Position numbers and translations under genes: made by a program. Shown here in pieces: positions 18,777 through 29,644 of a stretch of DNA of 55,906 nt (position 1 is the first letter of the stretch; each line of letters begins with the position of its first letter). Source of the DNA: an uncultured Oscillospiraceae bacterium (GTDB taxonomy: Bacteria; Bacillota; Clostridia; Oscillospirales; Acutalibacteraceae); assembly GCA_949292505.1 (NCBI GenBank), contig CASFAA010000198.1, positions 1 through 55,906 of the forward strand, written 5' to 3'. The notes beneath the pieces were generated by a model. That model ran no database searches, was not told the DNA's origin, and saw nothing but the letters and a program-made list of their open reading frames with translations.

Positions 18777-19601
18777 TTGCTGAAATCGAGAGTCATCTCC
18801 GCGTCTATCCTGATTCTGTTTATCGCAGCGATTGTCGTCTTCAACGATATTTTCCCGCTGGCGCTGAACATTGCGGTGGCTGCCATCAGCTTTCTGGGCG
18901 TCATTGAAATTGTCAAGGCGCTGGGACTCTCGCAAAAGCTGGTTCTTCTCCTGCCGAGCCTTGCGTTCGCCGCCGTAACGCCGTTTCTGCCGGGTACCTA
19001 CTGGCACAGCGCGGCGTATTACATCTACACCGTCGTCCTTTTCTCGTCCCTGATTTTCTATCACGACTCCGTCACCTTCCGGGAGACGGGCGTGATTTAC
19101 AGCATGACCATCCTCATTCCCACGGCGCTTGAGACGCTGCTCTCCATCCGCTCCTGCGGCGGGAGCCACGGGATGTTTTATGTGATCATCGCCGTGTTCG
19201 CAGCCTGGGCGGCCGACGTTGGCGCGTTCGTCGCCGGGAGTCTCTGGGGCAGACACAAGCTCTGTCCGTCCATCAGTCCCAAAAAGACGGTGGAGGGCTT
19301 CATCGGCGGCTTCGTCCTCAATATCGCGGCGATGCTCGTCTTCGGCCTTGTCTTTGAGCGGTTTTACGGCGGGACGGTTCCGGTCAACTACCTCTCGCTT
19401 GCTCTCATCGGCCTGTTCTCTGCTGGGCTTTCCGTCGTGGGTGATCTAAGCTTTTCCCTCATCAAGCGCAGCTGTCATATCAAGGATTTCAGCAACATCC
19501 TGCCGGGGCACGGAGGCATTCTCGACCGCTTTGACAGCGTGATTTTTGTAGCGCCGTTCGTGCTGCTCCTCGTGCAGCTGCTTCCCATCACGCCTCCGTG
19601 A
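18777..19601 (+). CDS. cdsA: Phosphatidate cytidylyltransferase
   Basis: ISPKKTVEG, GDLSFSLIKR, KDFSNILPGHGGILDRFDS; probable TTG start. Confidence 0.95.
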   Translation: MLKSRVISASILILFIAAIVVFNDIFPLALNIAVAAISFLGVIEIVKALGLSQKLVLLLPSLAFAAVTPFLPGTYWHSAAYYIYTVVLFSSLIFYHDSVTFRETGVIYSMTILIPTALETLLSIRSCGGSHGMFYVIIAVFAAWAADVGAFVAGSLWGRHKLCPSISPKKTVEGFIGGFVLNIAAMLVFGLVFERFYGGTVPVNYLSLALIGLFSAGLSVVGDLSFSLIKRSCHIKDFSNILPGHGGILDRFDSVIFVAPFVLLLVQLLPITPP

Positions 19602-19769
19602 GCTGGCTTTCAAAACGGCAGCGTTTCCCCCGGAAAACATATATTGCGTTCATATTGGGAATCCTTTGAAACGGAGCAGCCATGCGCCGCGGGACGTTTA
19701 TGAACAGACTTTGTGCCGAAGCCGCCCCAAGGGACGGCTTCGGTTCCGTATGGAAGGGCTTTGGGTAAC

Positions 19770-20927
19770 ATGATGAAACACACGCTTTCCATTTTAGGCT
19801 CCACCGGCTCCATCGGCACGCAGACGCTCGACGTCGTCCGCGGCCTGGGGCTTTCCGTCTGCGCGCTCGCCGCGAGGGGGAACGTCCGCCTGCTCGAGGA
19901 GCAGATCCGCGAGTTTAAGCCCCGCTTTGCCGCCGTCTTCGATCCGGAGGCCGCCAAACGCCTCCGCCTCGCCGTGCGCGACCTCGACGTCGCCGTGGCC
20001 GAGGGCATGGACGGTCTGTGCGAGGCCGCTTCGCTGGAGGAGGCCGAGCTCGTCTGCAACTCCGTCGTCGGCATGGTGGGTCTCGAGCCGACGCTCGCCG
20101 CCGTCGAAGCGGGGAAGGACATCGCCCTCGCGAACAAGGAAACGCTCGTCGCGGGCGGCGCTCTCGTGACGGCCCGCGCCGCGGAGCGCGGCGTGCGCCT
20201 TTATCCCGTCGACAGCGAGCACTCTGCCATCTTCCAGTGCCTGCAGGGCAGCCCGGGGGAGAAGGCCGTCTCCCGCCTGATTCTGACGGCGTCCGGCGGG
20301 CCCTTCTTCGGAAAAAAGCGCGCCGAGCTTGTGAACGTCACGCCGGAGCAGGCGCTGCGCCATCCGAACTGGAGCATGGGCGCGAAGATCACCATCGACT
20401 CCGCCACCATGATGAACAAGGGCCTCGAGGTGATTGAGGCGTCCTGGCTGTTCGGGATGGAGCCCGAGCGGATCGACGTCGTCATCCACCGCGAGAGCGT
20501 GATTCATTCCCTCGTGGAGTATGTGGACAATTCGGTGCTCGCCCAGCTCGGCGTACCCGATATGCGCATCCCGATTCAGTATGCCGTCACCTACCCCGAG
20601 CGGTATCCGTCTCCCGTCCGGCGGCTGAGCCTCGCCGACTGGGGGACGCTCACCTTCTATCCGCCTGACCCGGAGGCGTTTCCCGCCATCGGCGCGGCGC
20701 GCGAGGCGCTCGGGCGCGGCGGACTGGCGCCCGCGGCGCTTAACGGTGCGAACGAGGCCGCCGTCGGCCTGTTCCTCGAAGGAAAGCTTCCCTTCCTGCG
20801 GATCGCGGAGCTCACGGCGGAGGCCGCGGCGGCGCAGCCGCAGACGAAGGAGCCTCTGACGCTCTCCGCCATTCTGGACGCTGACAAGGCCGCGCGGGAG
20901 TACGTCCTCTCCCGCGCCGGTCTCTGA
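19770..20927 (+). CDS. dxr: 1-deoxy-D-xylulose-5-phosphate reductoisomerase
   Basis: ILGSTGSIGTQTL, ALANKETLV, PVDSEHSAIFQ, HPNWSMG.KITIDSATMMNKGLE. Confidence 0.97.
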   Translation: MMKHTLSILGSTGSIGTQTLDVVRGLGLSVCALAARGNVRLLEEQIREFKPRFAAVFDPEAAKRLRLAVRDLDVAVAEGMDGLCEAASLEEAELVCNSVVGMVGLEPTLAAVEAGKDIALANKETLVAGGALVTARAAERGVRLYPVDSEHSAIFQCLQGSPGEKAVSRLILTASGGPFFGKKRAELVNVTPEQALRHPNWSMGAKITIDSATMMNKGLEVIEASWLFGMEPERIDVVIHRESVIHSLVEYVDNSVLAQLGVPDMRIPIQYAVTYPERYPSPVRRLSLADWGTLTFYPPDPEAFPAIGAAREALGRGGLAPAALNGANEAAVGLFLEGKLPFLRIAELTAEAAAAQPQTKEPLTLSAILDADKAAREYVLSRAGL

Positions 20928-20940
20928 TTCTCGAAACGAG

Positions 20941-22038
20941 GTGGTTTTCATTACCCAGGTATTGCTGGTGATCATCGCGGTTCTCCTTTTCAGCCTTGTG
21001 ATCACAATCCATGAATTCGGCCATTTTATCACGGCGAAGCTCTGCGGCATCCGCGTCAACGAGTTCGCTGTCGGCATGGGGCCGCAGCTCGTAAGCTTCC
21101 GGCGCGGCGACACGCGCTACTCGCTCCGGCTTCTCCCGATCGGCGGCTTCTGCGCCATGGAGGGGGAGGACGAGGACAGCGACGACGAGCGCGCCTTCCA
21201 TCGCAAGCCGGTCTGGCAGCGGATCCTTGTCGTCGCGATGGGCGCGGTGATGAACATCCTGCTCGGCCTGATCCTCATGGTGATCATCGTCGCGCAGACG
21301 CCGCTGCTCGGCTCAAACGTTGTCGCGCGGTTTGAGGAGAATTCCGCCCTCGAGGCCGCCGGCATCCAGGTCGGCGACCGCATTACCTCGATGGGCGGCT
21401 ACGGCGTCCGCACCGACCGCGACCTGCAGTTCGCCATGGCAATCATCAGCATGGACGGCGAGGAGGTTACCGCTGACATCACCGTCGACCGCGAGGGGCA
21501 GACCATCACCTTTCAGGACGTCAAGTTCAACACCATCGAGCTTGAGGACGGCTCGCGCAGCCTCGTCTTCGACTTCAAGGTCGCCGCGATTCCGAAGACG
21601 GTTGGTTCCGTCCTCGTGAAGTCTGTGGAGGACACCGTTTCCGTCGTCCGCCTCGTCTGGCAGAGCGTCTATATGCTCTTGACGGGCCAGTTCGGCCTCA
21701 ACGACCTCGCCGGACCTGTCGGCACCGCGTCGGTCATCACGCAGGCCGCCTCGGCCGGCCTCGAGAGCAGCGGCTTCTCCGGCGCTTTGAGCAACATTGT
21801 CTATATCATCATGATCATCACCGTCAACCTCGGCATCATGAACCTGCTGCCCATCCCGGCGCTTGACGGCGGGCGGCTGCTGTTCCTGATTGTGGAGGCG
21901 ATTGTGCGCCGCCCGATTCCGCGGCGCTTTGAGGGCTGGATCACGGCGGCGGGCTTCATCTTCCTGATGGGCGTCATGATCGTCGTGACCTTCAGCGACA
22001 TTCTGCGCCTGATTACAGGCCAGGGATTGGGGGCGTAA
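20941..22038 (+). CDS. rseP: RIP metalloprotease RseP (M50, PDZ)
   Basis: HEFGH zinc motif, EFAVGMGP, LLPIGGF, NLLPIPALDGG. Confidence 0.93.
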   Translation: MVFITQVLLVIIAVLLFSLVITIHEFGHFITAKLCGIRVNEFAVGMGPQLVSFRRGDTRYSLRLLPIGGFCAMEGEDEDSDDERAFHRKPVWQRILVVAMGAVMNILLGLILMVIIVAQTPLLGSNVVARFEENSALEAAGIQVGDRITSMGGYGVRTDRDLQFAMAIISMDGEEVTADITVDREGQTITFQDVKFNTIELEDGSRSLVFDFKVAAIPKTVGSVLVKSVEDTVSVVRLVWQSVYMLLTGQFGLNDLAGPVGTASVITQAASAGLESSGFSGALSNIVYIIMIITVNLGIMNLLPIPALDGGRLLFLIVEAIVRRPIPRRFEGWITAAGFIFLMGVMIVVTFSDILRLITGQGLGA

Positions 22039-22044
22039 TCACTT

Positions 22045-23079
22045 ATGACAAGACAGGTGAAGGCGGGAAACATTCTGATCGGCGGCGGCGCGCCGGTGAC
22101 CGTGCAGTCGATGCTCAGCGTTCCCTCGACCGATATCGAGGGCAGCGTCCGGCAGGCGAAAGCACTCGAGGCCGCGGGCTGCGACCTGATCCGCGCCGCC
22201 GTCCCGGACATGGACGCTGTGCGGCTGATTCCCGCTCTGAAGGAGGCCGTCTCCGTCCCGATTGTGGCCGACATTCACTTCGACTACCGCCTCGCCCTCG
22301 AGGCGGCGGCCGCCGGCGTGGACAAGATCCGCATCAATCCCGGCAACATCGGAGACGACAGCCGCGTCAAGGCCGTCGCGGACGCCTGCCGCACCCGCGG
22401 GATCCCAATCCGCGTCGGCGTCAACTCCGGCTCGGTCGAGCGCGAGATTCTCGCAAAGTACGGAGCCCCGACGCCCGAGGCGCTCGTCGAGAGCGCGCTG
22501 TACCACGCCTCGCTCCTCGAGCGCTTTGATTTCGGGGACATCGTCCTCTCGCTCAAGTCGTCGACGGTCGACTCCGCCATCCGCGCCTACGAGCTCTGCG
22601 CGTCGCGCTGCGACTATCCGCTGCACCTCGGCGTCACCGAGGCGGGGACGGAGCGCATGGGCCTTATCAAATCGTCGATCGGCATCGGCTCGCTTCTGCA
22701 GCGCGGCATCGGCGACACCATCCGCGTGTCCCTGACGGCGGACCCCGTCCGCGAGGTCGCCGCGGGACTGGACATCCTGCACGCGCTCGGCCTGCGGTCG
22801 GGCCCGCAGCTCGTCTCCTGCCCGACGTGCGGCCGCACGCGCATCGACCTCATTGCCATCGCGAACGAGGTGGAGGCGCGGCTTGCGTCCTGCACGAAGA
22901 ACATCAAGGTGGCCGTCATGGGCTGCGTCGTGAACGGCCCCGGCGAGGCGCGCGAGGCCGACGTCGGCATTGCCGGCGGCAAGGGGGAGGGGCTCGTCTT
23001 CCGCAAGGGCGAGATTGTCCGCAAGGTGCCGGAGGAGCGCCTCGTGGACGAGCTCATGAAGGAAATTGAAACCTTTTAG
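22045..23079 (+). CDS. ispG: (E)-4-hydroxy-3-methylbut-2-enyl diphosphate synthase
   Basis: VADIHFDY, RINPGNIG, LHLGVTEAG, GDTIRVSLT, SCPTCGR, MGCVVNGPGE. Confidence 0.97.
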   Translation: MTRQVKAGNILIGGGAPVTVQSMLSVPSTDIEGSVRQAKALEAAGCDLIRAAVPDMDAVRLIPALKEAVSVPIVADIHFDYRLALEAAAAGVDKIRINPGNIGDDSRVKAVADACRTRGIPIRVGVNSGSVEREILAKYGAPTPEALVESALYHASLLERFDFGDIVLSLKSSTVDSAIRAYELCASRCDYPLHLGVTEAGTERMGLIKSSIGIGSLLQRGIGDTIRVSLTADPVREVAAGLDILHALGLRSGPQLVSCPTCGRTRIDLIAIANEVEARLASCTKNIKVAVMGCVVNGPGEAREADVGIAGGKGEGLVFRKGEIVRKVPEERLVDELMKEIETF

Positions 23080-23089
23080 CACACGGCGC

Positions 23090-23122
23090 GGGCTCCGGGC
23101 GAGAGCTTGGAGCCCCGTTTTT
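23090..23122 (+). terminator. Terminator-like hairpin between ispG and polC
   Basis: GGGCTCCGGGC-GAGA-GCTTGGAGCCC then CGTTTTT. Confidence 0.5.
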
Positions 23123-23136
23123 GAGCATATTCGAGG

Positions 23137-26100
23137 ATGGAGAGTGAAATTGTCAGGATGAGCAAAACGTTTGGCGAACTGTTCGGAGCCTTTCTGAACG
23201 CCGGGGAGGCGCTCCCCGAGCCGCTCCTGCACGGTACGGTGGAATCCCTGCAGGTGGATTCCGTCAACCGCTGCGTCGCCGCGACGGTCGCCCTGCCGTC
23301 GCTCGTGGAGCGGGACGCGCTTTACGACGCGGAGAAGCGCCTCGCGCTCGCGCCCGGCCTGCAGCTGACGCGGGCGGCCCTCCATCCGCGCTTCCCGGCG
23401 GACTCCTTCAGCGCCGCGTACCTGCCGAGCCTCGTCCTCGAGATGAAGCGGCGCGACGCGAGCATCAACGGCGCCTTCTCCGACGCGACGGCCCGCCTCG
23501 AGGACGGCAGAATCGTCGTCACGCTGGCGCACGGCGGAGCGGAGCTCATGCGCCAGCGCCGCGCGGACAGGCTGATGAGCCGCATCATCTCAGAGGAATT
23601 CGGCCTGACGGTCTCCGTCGACTTCGACGGCGTCACCTCCGTCGACGAGGGGAGCAGCGCCTACCTCGAGCGCAAGCGGAACGCCGAGGAAAAGGCGCGC
23701 CGCGAGGCCGCGGAGGAGGCCGTCTCCCAGTATGAGAGCACGATGAACCGCCAGTCGCCGCACGAGCGGAAGGAGGCCGCGCGCAGGAGCTCCCCGCAGC
23801 CTGTTGGCAGGGGAGGCTCCGCCGAGACGTCCGGCGAGCGCCTGCCGCCCGTCGTCAGTGTACGCCGGGGCGCGTCGCTCCTGCCCGCCATCGTGCCGGA
23901 GACGATGAAGGAGATCCACGGCCGCATGGGCCGCGTTCACCTGACTCCTATCTCGAAGGTTACGCCGGATTTCGGCAGCGTGGCCGTCTGGGGCGAGATT
24001 TTCGCCGTTGAGACGCGCATGACCCGCGACCAGAGCCGGAAAATCTATTCCATCAACATCACCGACTAGACCGGCTCCATCACGCTGAAGCTCCTTCAGG
24101 ACGCCAAGCAGTGCAAGGCGCTCGACGAGCTGAAAAACGGCGTCAGCGTCGTGGTGCGCGGCGAGGTGGAGTACGACAAATATGACCACGAGACGGTGCT
24201 CCGTCCGCGCGCCGTCGCAACGGTCGAGCAGGTCAAGGTCGTCGACGACGCGCCGGAGAAGCGCGTGGAGCTGCACCTGCACACGAATATGTCGAGCATG
24301 GACGGCGTCACGGACGTCGGCGAGCTCGTCGCCCGCGCGGCGAAGTGGGGACATTCCGCCATCGCCATCACCGACCACGGCGTCGCCCAGGCCTACCCCG
24401 ACGCGATGAACGCCGCGGCGAAGATCAACGGCAAGGGCGGCCATATCAAGGTGATTTACGGCGTTGAGTCGTACTTCGTCAACGACATGGTGCCCGCTGT
24501 CAAAGGCGCGGCCGACGCCCCGTTCGACGGCGAGTTCATCGTCTTCGACGTGGAGACGACCGGCCTGAGTCCGAACCACGAGCGCCTTACCGAGATCGGC
24601 GCGGTTCGCCTGCGCGGTGGGAAGATTGTCGAGTCGTTCGACACCTTCGTCAACCCGGAAAAGCCGATTCCGCCGAAGATCGTAGAGCTCACCGGCATCA
24701 ACGACGAGATGGTGCGCGGCGCGCCGTCCGAGGCGGAGGCCCTCGCGTCCTTCTACGCGTTCTGCGGGGAGGGGGCGATTCTTGTCGCGCACAACGCCGA
24801 GTTCGACGTCTCGTTCCTGCGCGCGGCGGCGTCGCGCAGCGGGGCGGATTTCCCCTATACCTACATAGACACGCTGCCGATGTGCCGCTCGCTGCTCAAG
24901 GATCTGAAAAACCACAAGCTCGACACGGTGGCGTCCTATCTCAAGCTCGACCCGTTCCAGCATCACCGTGCCTGCGACGACGCCGACGTCCTCGGCCGCA
25001 TCTTCGCGGCGCTGCTCCAGCGCCTGCACGAGGATGTGGGCGCGAACATGGTGCAGGAGATCAACACCTCCCTCACGGGCGGGGACTGGAAGAAGCTCAG
25101 GCCGTACCATCAGATCATCCTCGTCCGCAACCAGACCGGACTCAAAAACCTGTACAAGCTCATCTCGCTGTCGCATCTCAACTACTTCTTCAAGCGTCCG
25201 AGAATTCCCAAGAGTGTGCTCATGCAGCACCGCGAGGGGCTGCTCCTCGGCAGCGCGTGCGAGGCGGGCGAGCTGTTCCGCGCCGTGTTCAACGGCGCGC
25301 CGTGGGGCGAGCTGTGCGAGATCGCGAGCTTTTACGATTACCTCGAAATCCAGCCGCTTGGCAACAACGCCTATATGCTGCGCGAGGGCCTCGTTCCCGA
25401 CGAGGAAAAGCTGCGCGAATTCAACCGTACCATCATCCGCCTCGGCGAGAAGCTGCACAAGCCCGTCGTCGCGACGTGCGACGTCCACTTCATGGACCCG
25501 AAGGACGCCGACTTCCGCCGCATCCTGATGGCCGGCCAGGGCTACGAGGACGCCGACAACCAGGCGCCGCTCTATTTCCGCACCACACCGGAAATGCTCG
25601 AGGAATTCGCCTATCTCGGCGAGGAGAAGGCGTACGAGGTCGTCGTGAAAAACACGAACCTTATCGCCGACATGATTGAGGAGATCCGCCCGATCCCGAG
25701 CGGCGTCTTCCCGCCGTTCATCGACGGCGCGGAGGAGCAGCTCAACTCCATCTGCTGGAAGCGCGCGAAGGAGATTTACGGCGACCCGATGCCGGAGCTC
25801 GTCCGCAAGCGCCTGGAGCGCGAGCTCGGCTCCATCAACAAGCACGGCTTCTCCGTGCTGTACATGACGGCGCAGAAGCTCGTCGCCAACAGCGAGGAGC
25901 ACGGCTACCTCGTCGGCTCGCGCGGCTCCGTCGGCTCCTCGTTCGTCGCGAGTATGTCCGGCATCTCGGAGGTCAACCCGCTCGAGCCGCACTACATCTG
26001 CCCGAACTGTAAGAACAGCGAGTTCATCCTCGACGGCAGCTACGGCTCCGGCTTCGATCTGCCCCCGAAGAAATGCCCGAAGTGCGGTTCCGACTACGAC

Positions 26101-27588
26101 CGCGACGGCCACAACATCCCGTTCGAGACCTTCCTCGGATTCGACGGAGACAAGACGCCGGATATCGACCTGAACTTCTCCGGCGAGTACCAGAGCGGCG
26201 CGCACCGGTACACGGAAACGCTGTTCGGCAAGGACCACGTCTTCAAGGCCGGCACCATCGCCACCGTCGCCGACAAGACGGCGATCGGCTTCGTGAAGAA
26301 GTACGCGGAGGAGAAGGGGCTGACGTACCACCGCGCCGAGGAGCAGCGCCTTTCGATCGGCTGCACCGGCATCAAGCGGACGACCGGCCAGCACCCCGGC
26401 GGCATGGTCGTCGTACCGAAGGGCTACGAGATTTACGATTTCTGCCCCGTTCAGCACCCGGCGAACGACCAGAATTCCGACAACATCACAACGCACTTCG
26501 ACTTCCACTCCATCCACGACACGATCTGCAAGCTTGACGAGCTCGGCCACGACGTGCCGACCATCTATCACTACCTCGAGGAGTACACGGGCATCCCCGT
26601 CATGAAGGTCTCGATGAGCGACCCGGAGGTCATGGCGCTGTTCCATTCGACGGAGCCGCTTGGCGTCACGCCGGAGGACATCGATTCGCAGACGGGCACC
26701 TTCTCGCTGCCGGAGCTCGGCACGCCGTTCGTGCGCCAGATGCTCATCGACTCTCAGCCGCAGACCTTTTCCGATTTCCTGCAGATTTCCGGCCTCTCCC
26801 ACGGCACGGACGTGTGGCTCGGAAACGCGCAGGATCTGATCAAGAACGGCACCTGCACGATCTCCGAGGTGATCGGCACGCGCGACAGCATCATGACGTA
26901 TCTGCTCCTCAAGGGGCTTGAGCCGAAGATGGCGTTCAAAATCATGGAGATCACGCGTAAGGGCAAGGCGCCGTCCCTCCTCACAGACGAGCACAAGCAG
27001 GCCATGCGCGACCACGGCGTTCCCGAGTGGTACATCGAGTCGTGCCTGAAAATCAAGTATATGTTCCCGAAGGCGCACGCCGCCGCCTATATGATTTCGG
27101 CTCTGCGCCTCGGCTGGTACAAGGTGCACCGCCCCGTCGAATACTACGCCGCCTACTTCTCCGTGCGCGGCGAGGACTTCGACGGCGTGCTCGTCGCCCA
27201 GGGCCGCGACGCGGTCCGCCGGAAGATGAACGAGATTCAGATGAAGGGCAAGGAGGCCAGCAAGAAGGAGGAGGACGCGTTCGCGACGCTGCAGATCGTC
27301 AACGAGATGCTCGCGCGCGGCATCCAGGTGCTCCCGGTCGACCTCTACCGTTCCCACGCGAAGAAATACCTCGTCGAGGACGGCATGATCCGCCTCCCGT
27401 TCGCGTCGCTCGCCGGCGTCGGCGAGGCCGCCGCGAACAGCCTCTACGAGGCGGGCCAGCTGGGCAAGTACATTTCCGTCGACGATATGCAGACGCGCGC
27501 GAAGGTCTCCAAATCCGTTGTCGAGACGCTCGACGCGGCGGGCGCGCTCCGCGGCCTGCCCGTGAGCTCGCAGATGTCCCTGTTCTGA
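23137..27588 (+). CDS. polC: DNA polymerase III PolC-type alpha subunit, interrupted by one in-frame TAG at 24067-24069
   Basis: ORFs 23137-24069 and 24151-27588 are in the same frame and join as NITD*TGSITLK; PHP ([14 protein letters not shown]), exonuclease ([23 protein letters not shown]), [39 protein letters not shown]. Confidence 0.93.
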
Positions 27589-27617
27589 GGACGCAGCGCC
27601 GTCCGATGTCCCCGGCC

Positions 27618-27652
27618 AATGGGAAGCCGCCGGTGTGCGGTTTCCCATTTTT
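27618..27652 (+). terminator. Intrinsic terminator after polC
   Basis: AATGGGAAGCCGC...GCGGTTTCCCATT plus U-tract. Confidence 0.7.
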
Positions 27653-27689
27653 CCTGCCCGCGCCGCCAAAAAGATTGGCAAATTCGATA

Positions 27690-27735
27690 TTGACGCCGAT
27701 ATTTCATCATGGTATTATATTAGCGAACTAAAGTG
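27690..27735 (+). promoter_or_regulatory. SigA promoter of the his operon with overlapping putative HisR operator
   Basis: TTGACG-17-TATTAT (TG-extended); 27716-27735 TATATTAG-cgaa-CTAAAGTG imperfect palindrome. Confidence 0.65.
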
Positions 27736-27779
27736 AAAGGCCGCTCTCCCGCCGCGGAGGCGGAGCGTACAGTGCAACA

Positions 27780-29000
27780 ATGAAGAAGTACAACAAGATT
27801 ACCCCCGAGGGCACAAAGGACCTCCTGCTCGAGGAATGCCTCATCCACCGCGTGGTGGCGCAGAAGCTCAGCGATGTGTTTGAGTCGCGCGGCTTCCATG
27901 AGGTGGTCACGCCCGGGATGGAGTTCATGGACGTGTTTGACCCGGAATCGTCCGGCATCGCCCCCGAGATCATGTATAAGACGACGGATCGCCGCGGCCG
28001 CATGGTTGTGATGCGCCCCGACTCGACGATGCCGATTTCCCGTCTTGCCGCCACGCGGCTGCAGAACGAGGAGAAGCCGCTGCGCCTGTACTACACGCAG
28101 CGCATTTACCGCTCGAATCCGAACCTCACCGGCAGGAGCGACGAGGTGCTCCAGTCCGGCGTCGAACTGCTCGGCGCCGCCGGCAGGCGCGCAGACCTCG
28201 AGGCCATCGCCACGGCGGTGGAGGCGCTCTCCGCCTGCACGCCGGACTTCCGGCTCGAGCTCGGCCACGCTGGTTTCTTCCGCGCCATCGCCGCGCAGCT
28301 TCCGATTGCGGACGAGCAGCGCGAGGATCTGCGCATGACGATTGAGTCGAAGAACTACGCGGCGCTCAGCACGCTCCTCGACGGCCTGCCGCAGACGCCC
28401 GCCGTCGCGGCGATGCGCCGTCTTCCGCGCCTGTTCGGCGGGGAGGAGGTTTTCGCTGAGGCCGCGCCCCTGTGCGGCAGCGACGAGGCGGCCTCCATGC
28501 TCGAATACCTGCACTCGCTGTACCGCTGCCTTGTGCAGCTCGGCCTCGGCGACCGGCTGATTGTCGACCTCGGCCTCGTCCAGCGCAACGACTACTATAC
28601 GGGCGTCGTTTTCAGCGCCTATGCCCAGGACTGCGGCGACGCCGTCCTCCTCGGCGGCCGGTACGACAATCTCCTCGCCCGCTTCGATATGCCGATGCCC
28701 GCCATCGGCTTCTCCGTCAACGTCGACGCCGTGGTCAAGCTGCTCGCCGAGCAGGGTTTCGCGCCGGACTGCAGAAAGCCGGACGTGCTCGTCTTCGGCG
28801 AGGAGGGCTGCGAGATGAAGGCGCTGCAGTACGCCTCCGAGATTGCCGGCCGCGGCGGAAGCTGCGAGACGTCCGTCTTCGAGACGGAGGAGGAGACCGT
28901 CGCCTACGCGCGCCGCCGTCAAATCCCGACGGTCGTGCTCGTCGGCGAGACCATTCGGGAGCTCGCCGTGAATGGGGAGAAGGGAGGAGAGGCGAAATGA
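27780..29000 (+). CDS. hisZ: ATP phosphoribosyltransferase regulatory subunit
   Basis: TPEGTKD, MRPDSTMPISR, QSGVELLG, YYTGVVF, GGRYDNLL..F..PAIGFS; precedes short hisG. Confidence 0.93.
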   Translation: MKKYNKITPEGTKDLLLEECLIHRVVAQKLSDVFESRGFHEVVTPGMEFMDVFDPESSGIAPEIMYKTTDRRGRMVVMRPDSTMPISRLAATRLQNEEKPLRLYYTQRIYRSNPNLTGRSDEVLQSGVELLGAAGRRADLEAIATAVEALSACTPDFRLELGHAGFFRAIAAQLPIADEQREDLRMTIESKNYAALSTLLDGLPQTPAVAAMRRLPRLFGGEEVFAEAAPLCGSDEAASMLEYLHSLYRCLVQLGLGDRLIVDLGLVQRNDYYTGVVFSAYAQDCGDAVLLGGRYDNLLARFDMPMPAIGFSVNVDAVVKLLAEQGFAPDCRKPDVLVFGEEGCEMKALQYASEIAGRGGSCETSVFETEEETVAYARRRQIPTVVLVGETIRELAVNGEKGGEAK

Positions 29001-29644
29001 AGCCGCTGCGCATTGCACTGACAAAGGGCAGGCTGGAAAAGGACACAGTCGCCCTCTTTGAAAAGATCGGCTATGACTGCGAGGCCGTCCGCAACAAGGG
29101 ACGCCGCCTCATCCTTCCCGTCGGGGACAGCCTCGAGGTCGTCCTCGCGAAGGCCGCGGACGTCATCACCTACGTCGAGCACGGCGTCTGCGATATGGGC
29201 GTCGTCGGCAAGGATGTGATCATGGAGCACGGCTCGAGCTTCTACGAGGTGCTCGACCTCGGCTTTGGCCGCTGCCGCTTCGCGCTCGCCGCGCCGAAGG
29301 GGGCCGATTTCTGGAGCGGCTATTCGGCGCGCACCATTGCGACGAAGTACCCCGCCACCGCGCGGGCGTTCTTCGAGAGCCGCGGGATGGACGTGCGCAT
29401 CATCAAGATTGAGGGCTCCGTCGAGCTTGCCCCGCTGCTGGGCCTCTCGGACGCCATCGTCGACATCGTGGAGACGGGCACGACGCTCAAGGAGAACGGC
29501 CTCGAGGTCGTCGAGACCATCTGCCCGATTTCCGCGAGGCTGATTGTCAATATCGCAAGCCTCAAGCTCCGCAAGCAGGAGATCGAATCGCTCGTCGGCA
29601 AGATGGAGAGCGCCGCGAAAACAGGGAAGGAGGAAACGCTGTGA
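28997..29644 (+). CDS. hisG: ATP phosphoribosyltransferase (short form)
   Basis: IALTKGRL, DVITYVEHG..DMGVVGKD, IATKYP, GSVELAP..GLSDAIVDIVETG. Confidence 0.96.
   Translation: MKPLRIALTKGRLEKDTVALFEKIGYDCEAVRNKGRRLILPVGDSLEVVLAKAADVITYVEHGVCDMGVVGKDVIMEHGSSFYEVLDLGFGRCRFALAAPKGADFWSGYSARTIATKYPATARAFFESRGMDVRIIKIEGSVELAPLLGLSDAIVDIVETGTTLKENGLEVVETICPISARLIVNIASLKLRKQEIESLVGKMESAAKTGKEETL

Noticed and set aside
18773-23079. Genome-wide reassignment of TAG to an amino acid
   Set aside because: uppS and ispG end at TAG at their expected C-termini, and no other gene in the window has an internal TAG
23137-27588. polC as two independent genes, or as an intein/intron-split gene
   Set aside because: The break falls inside the OB domain, the frame is continuous, no SD precedes 24151, and there is no inserted sequence or intein motif
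23590-27681. 1363-aa minus-strand ORF and similar long antisense ORFs (6802-8607, 14638-16548, 37377-39341, 39208-41832, 48314-50695, 52687-54333)
   Set aside because: Shadow ORFs opposite well-conserved genes, expected from high GC3 codon bias; no recognisable motifs or start signals
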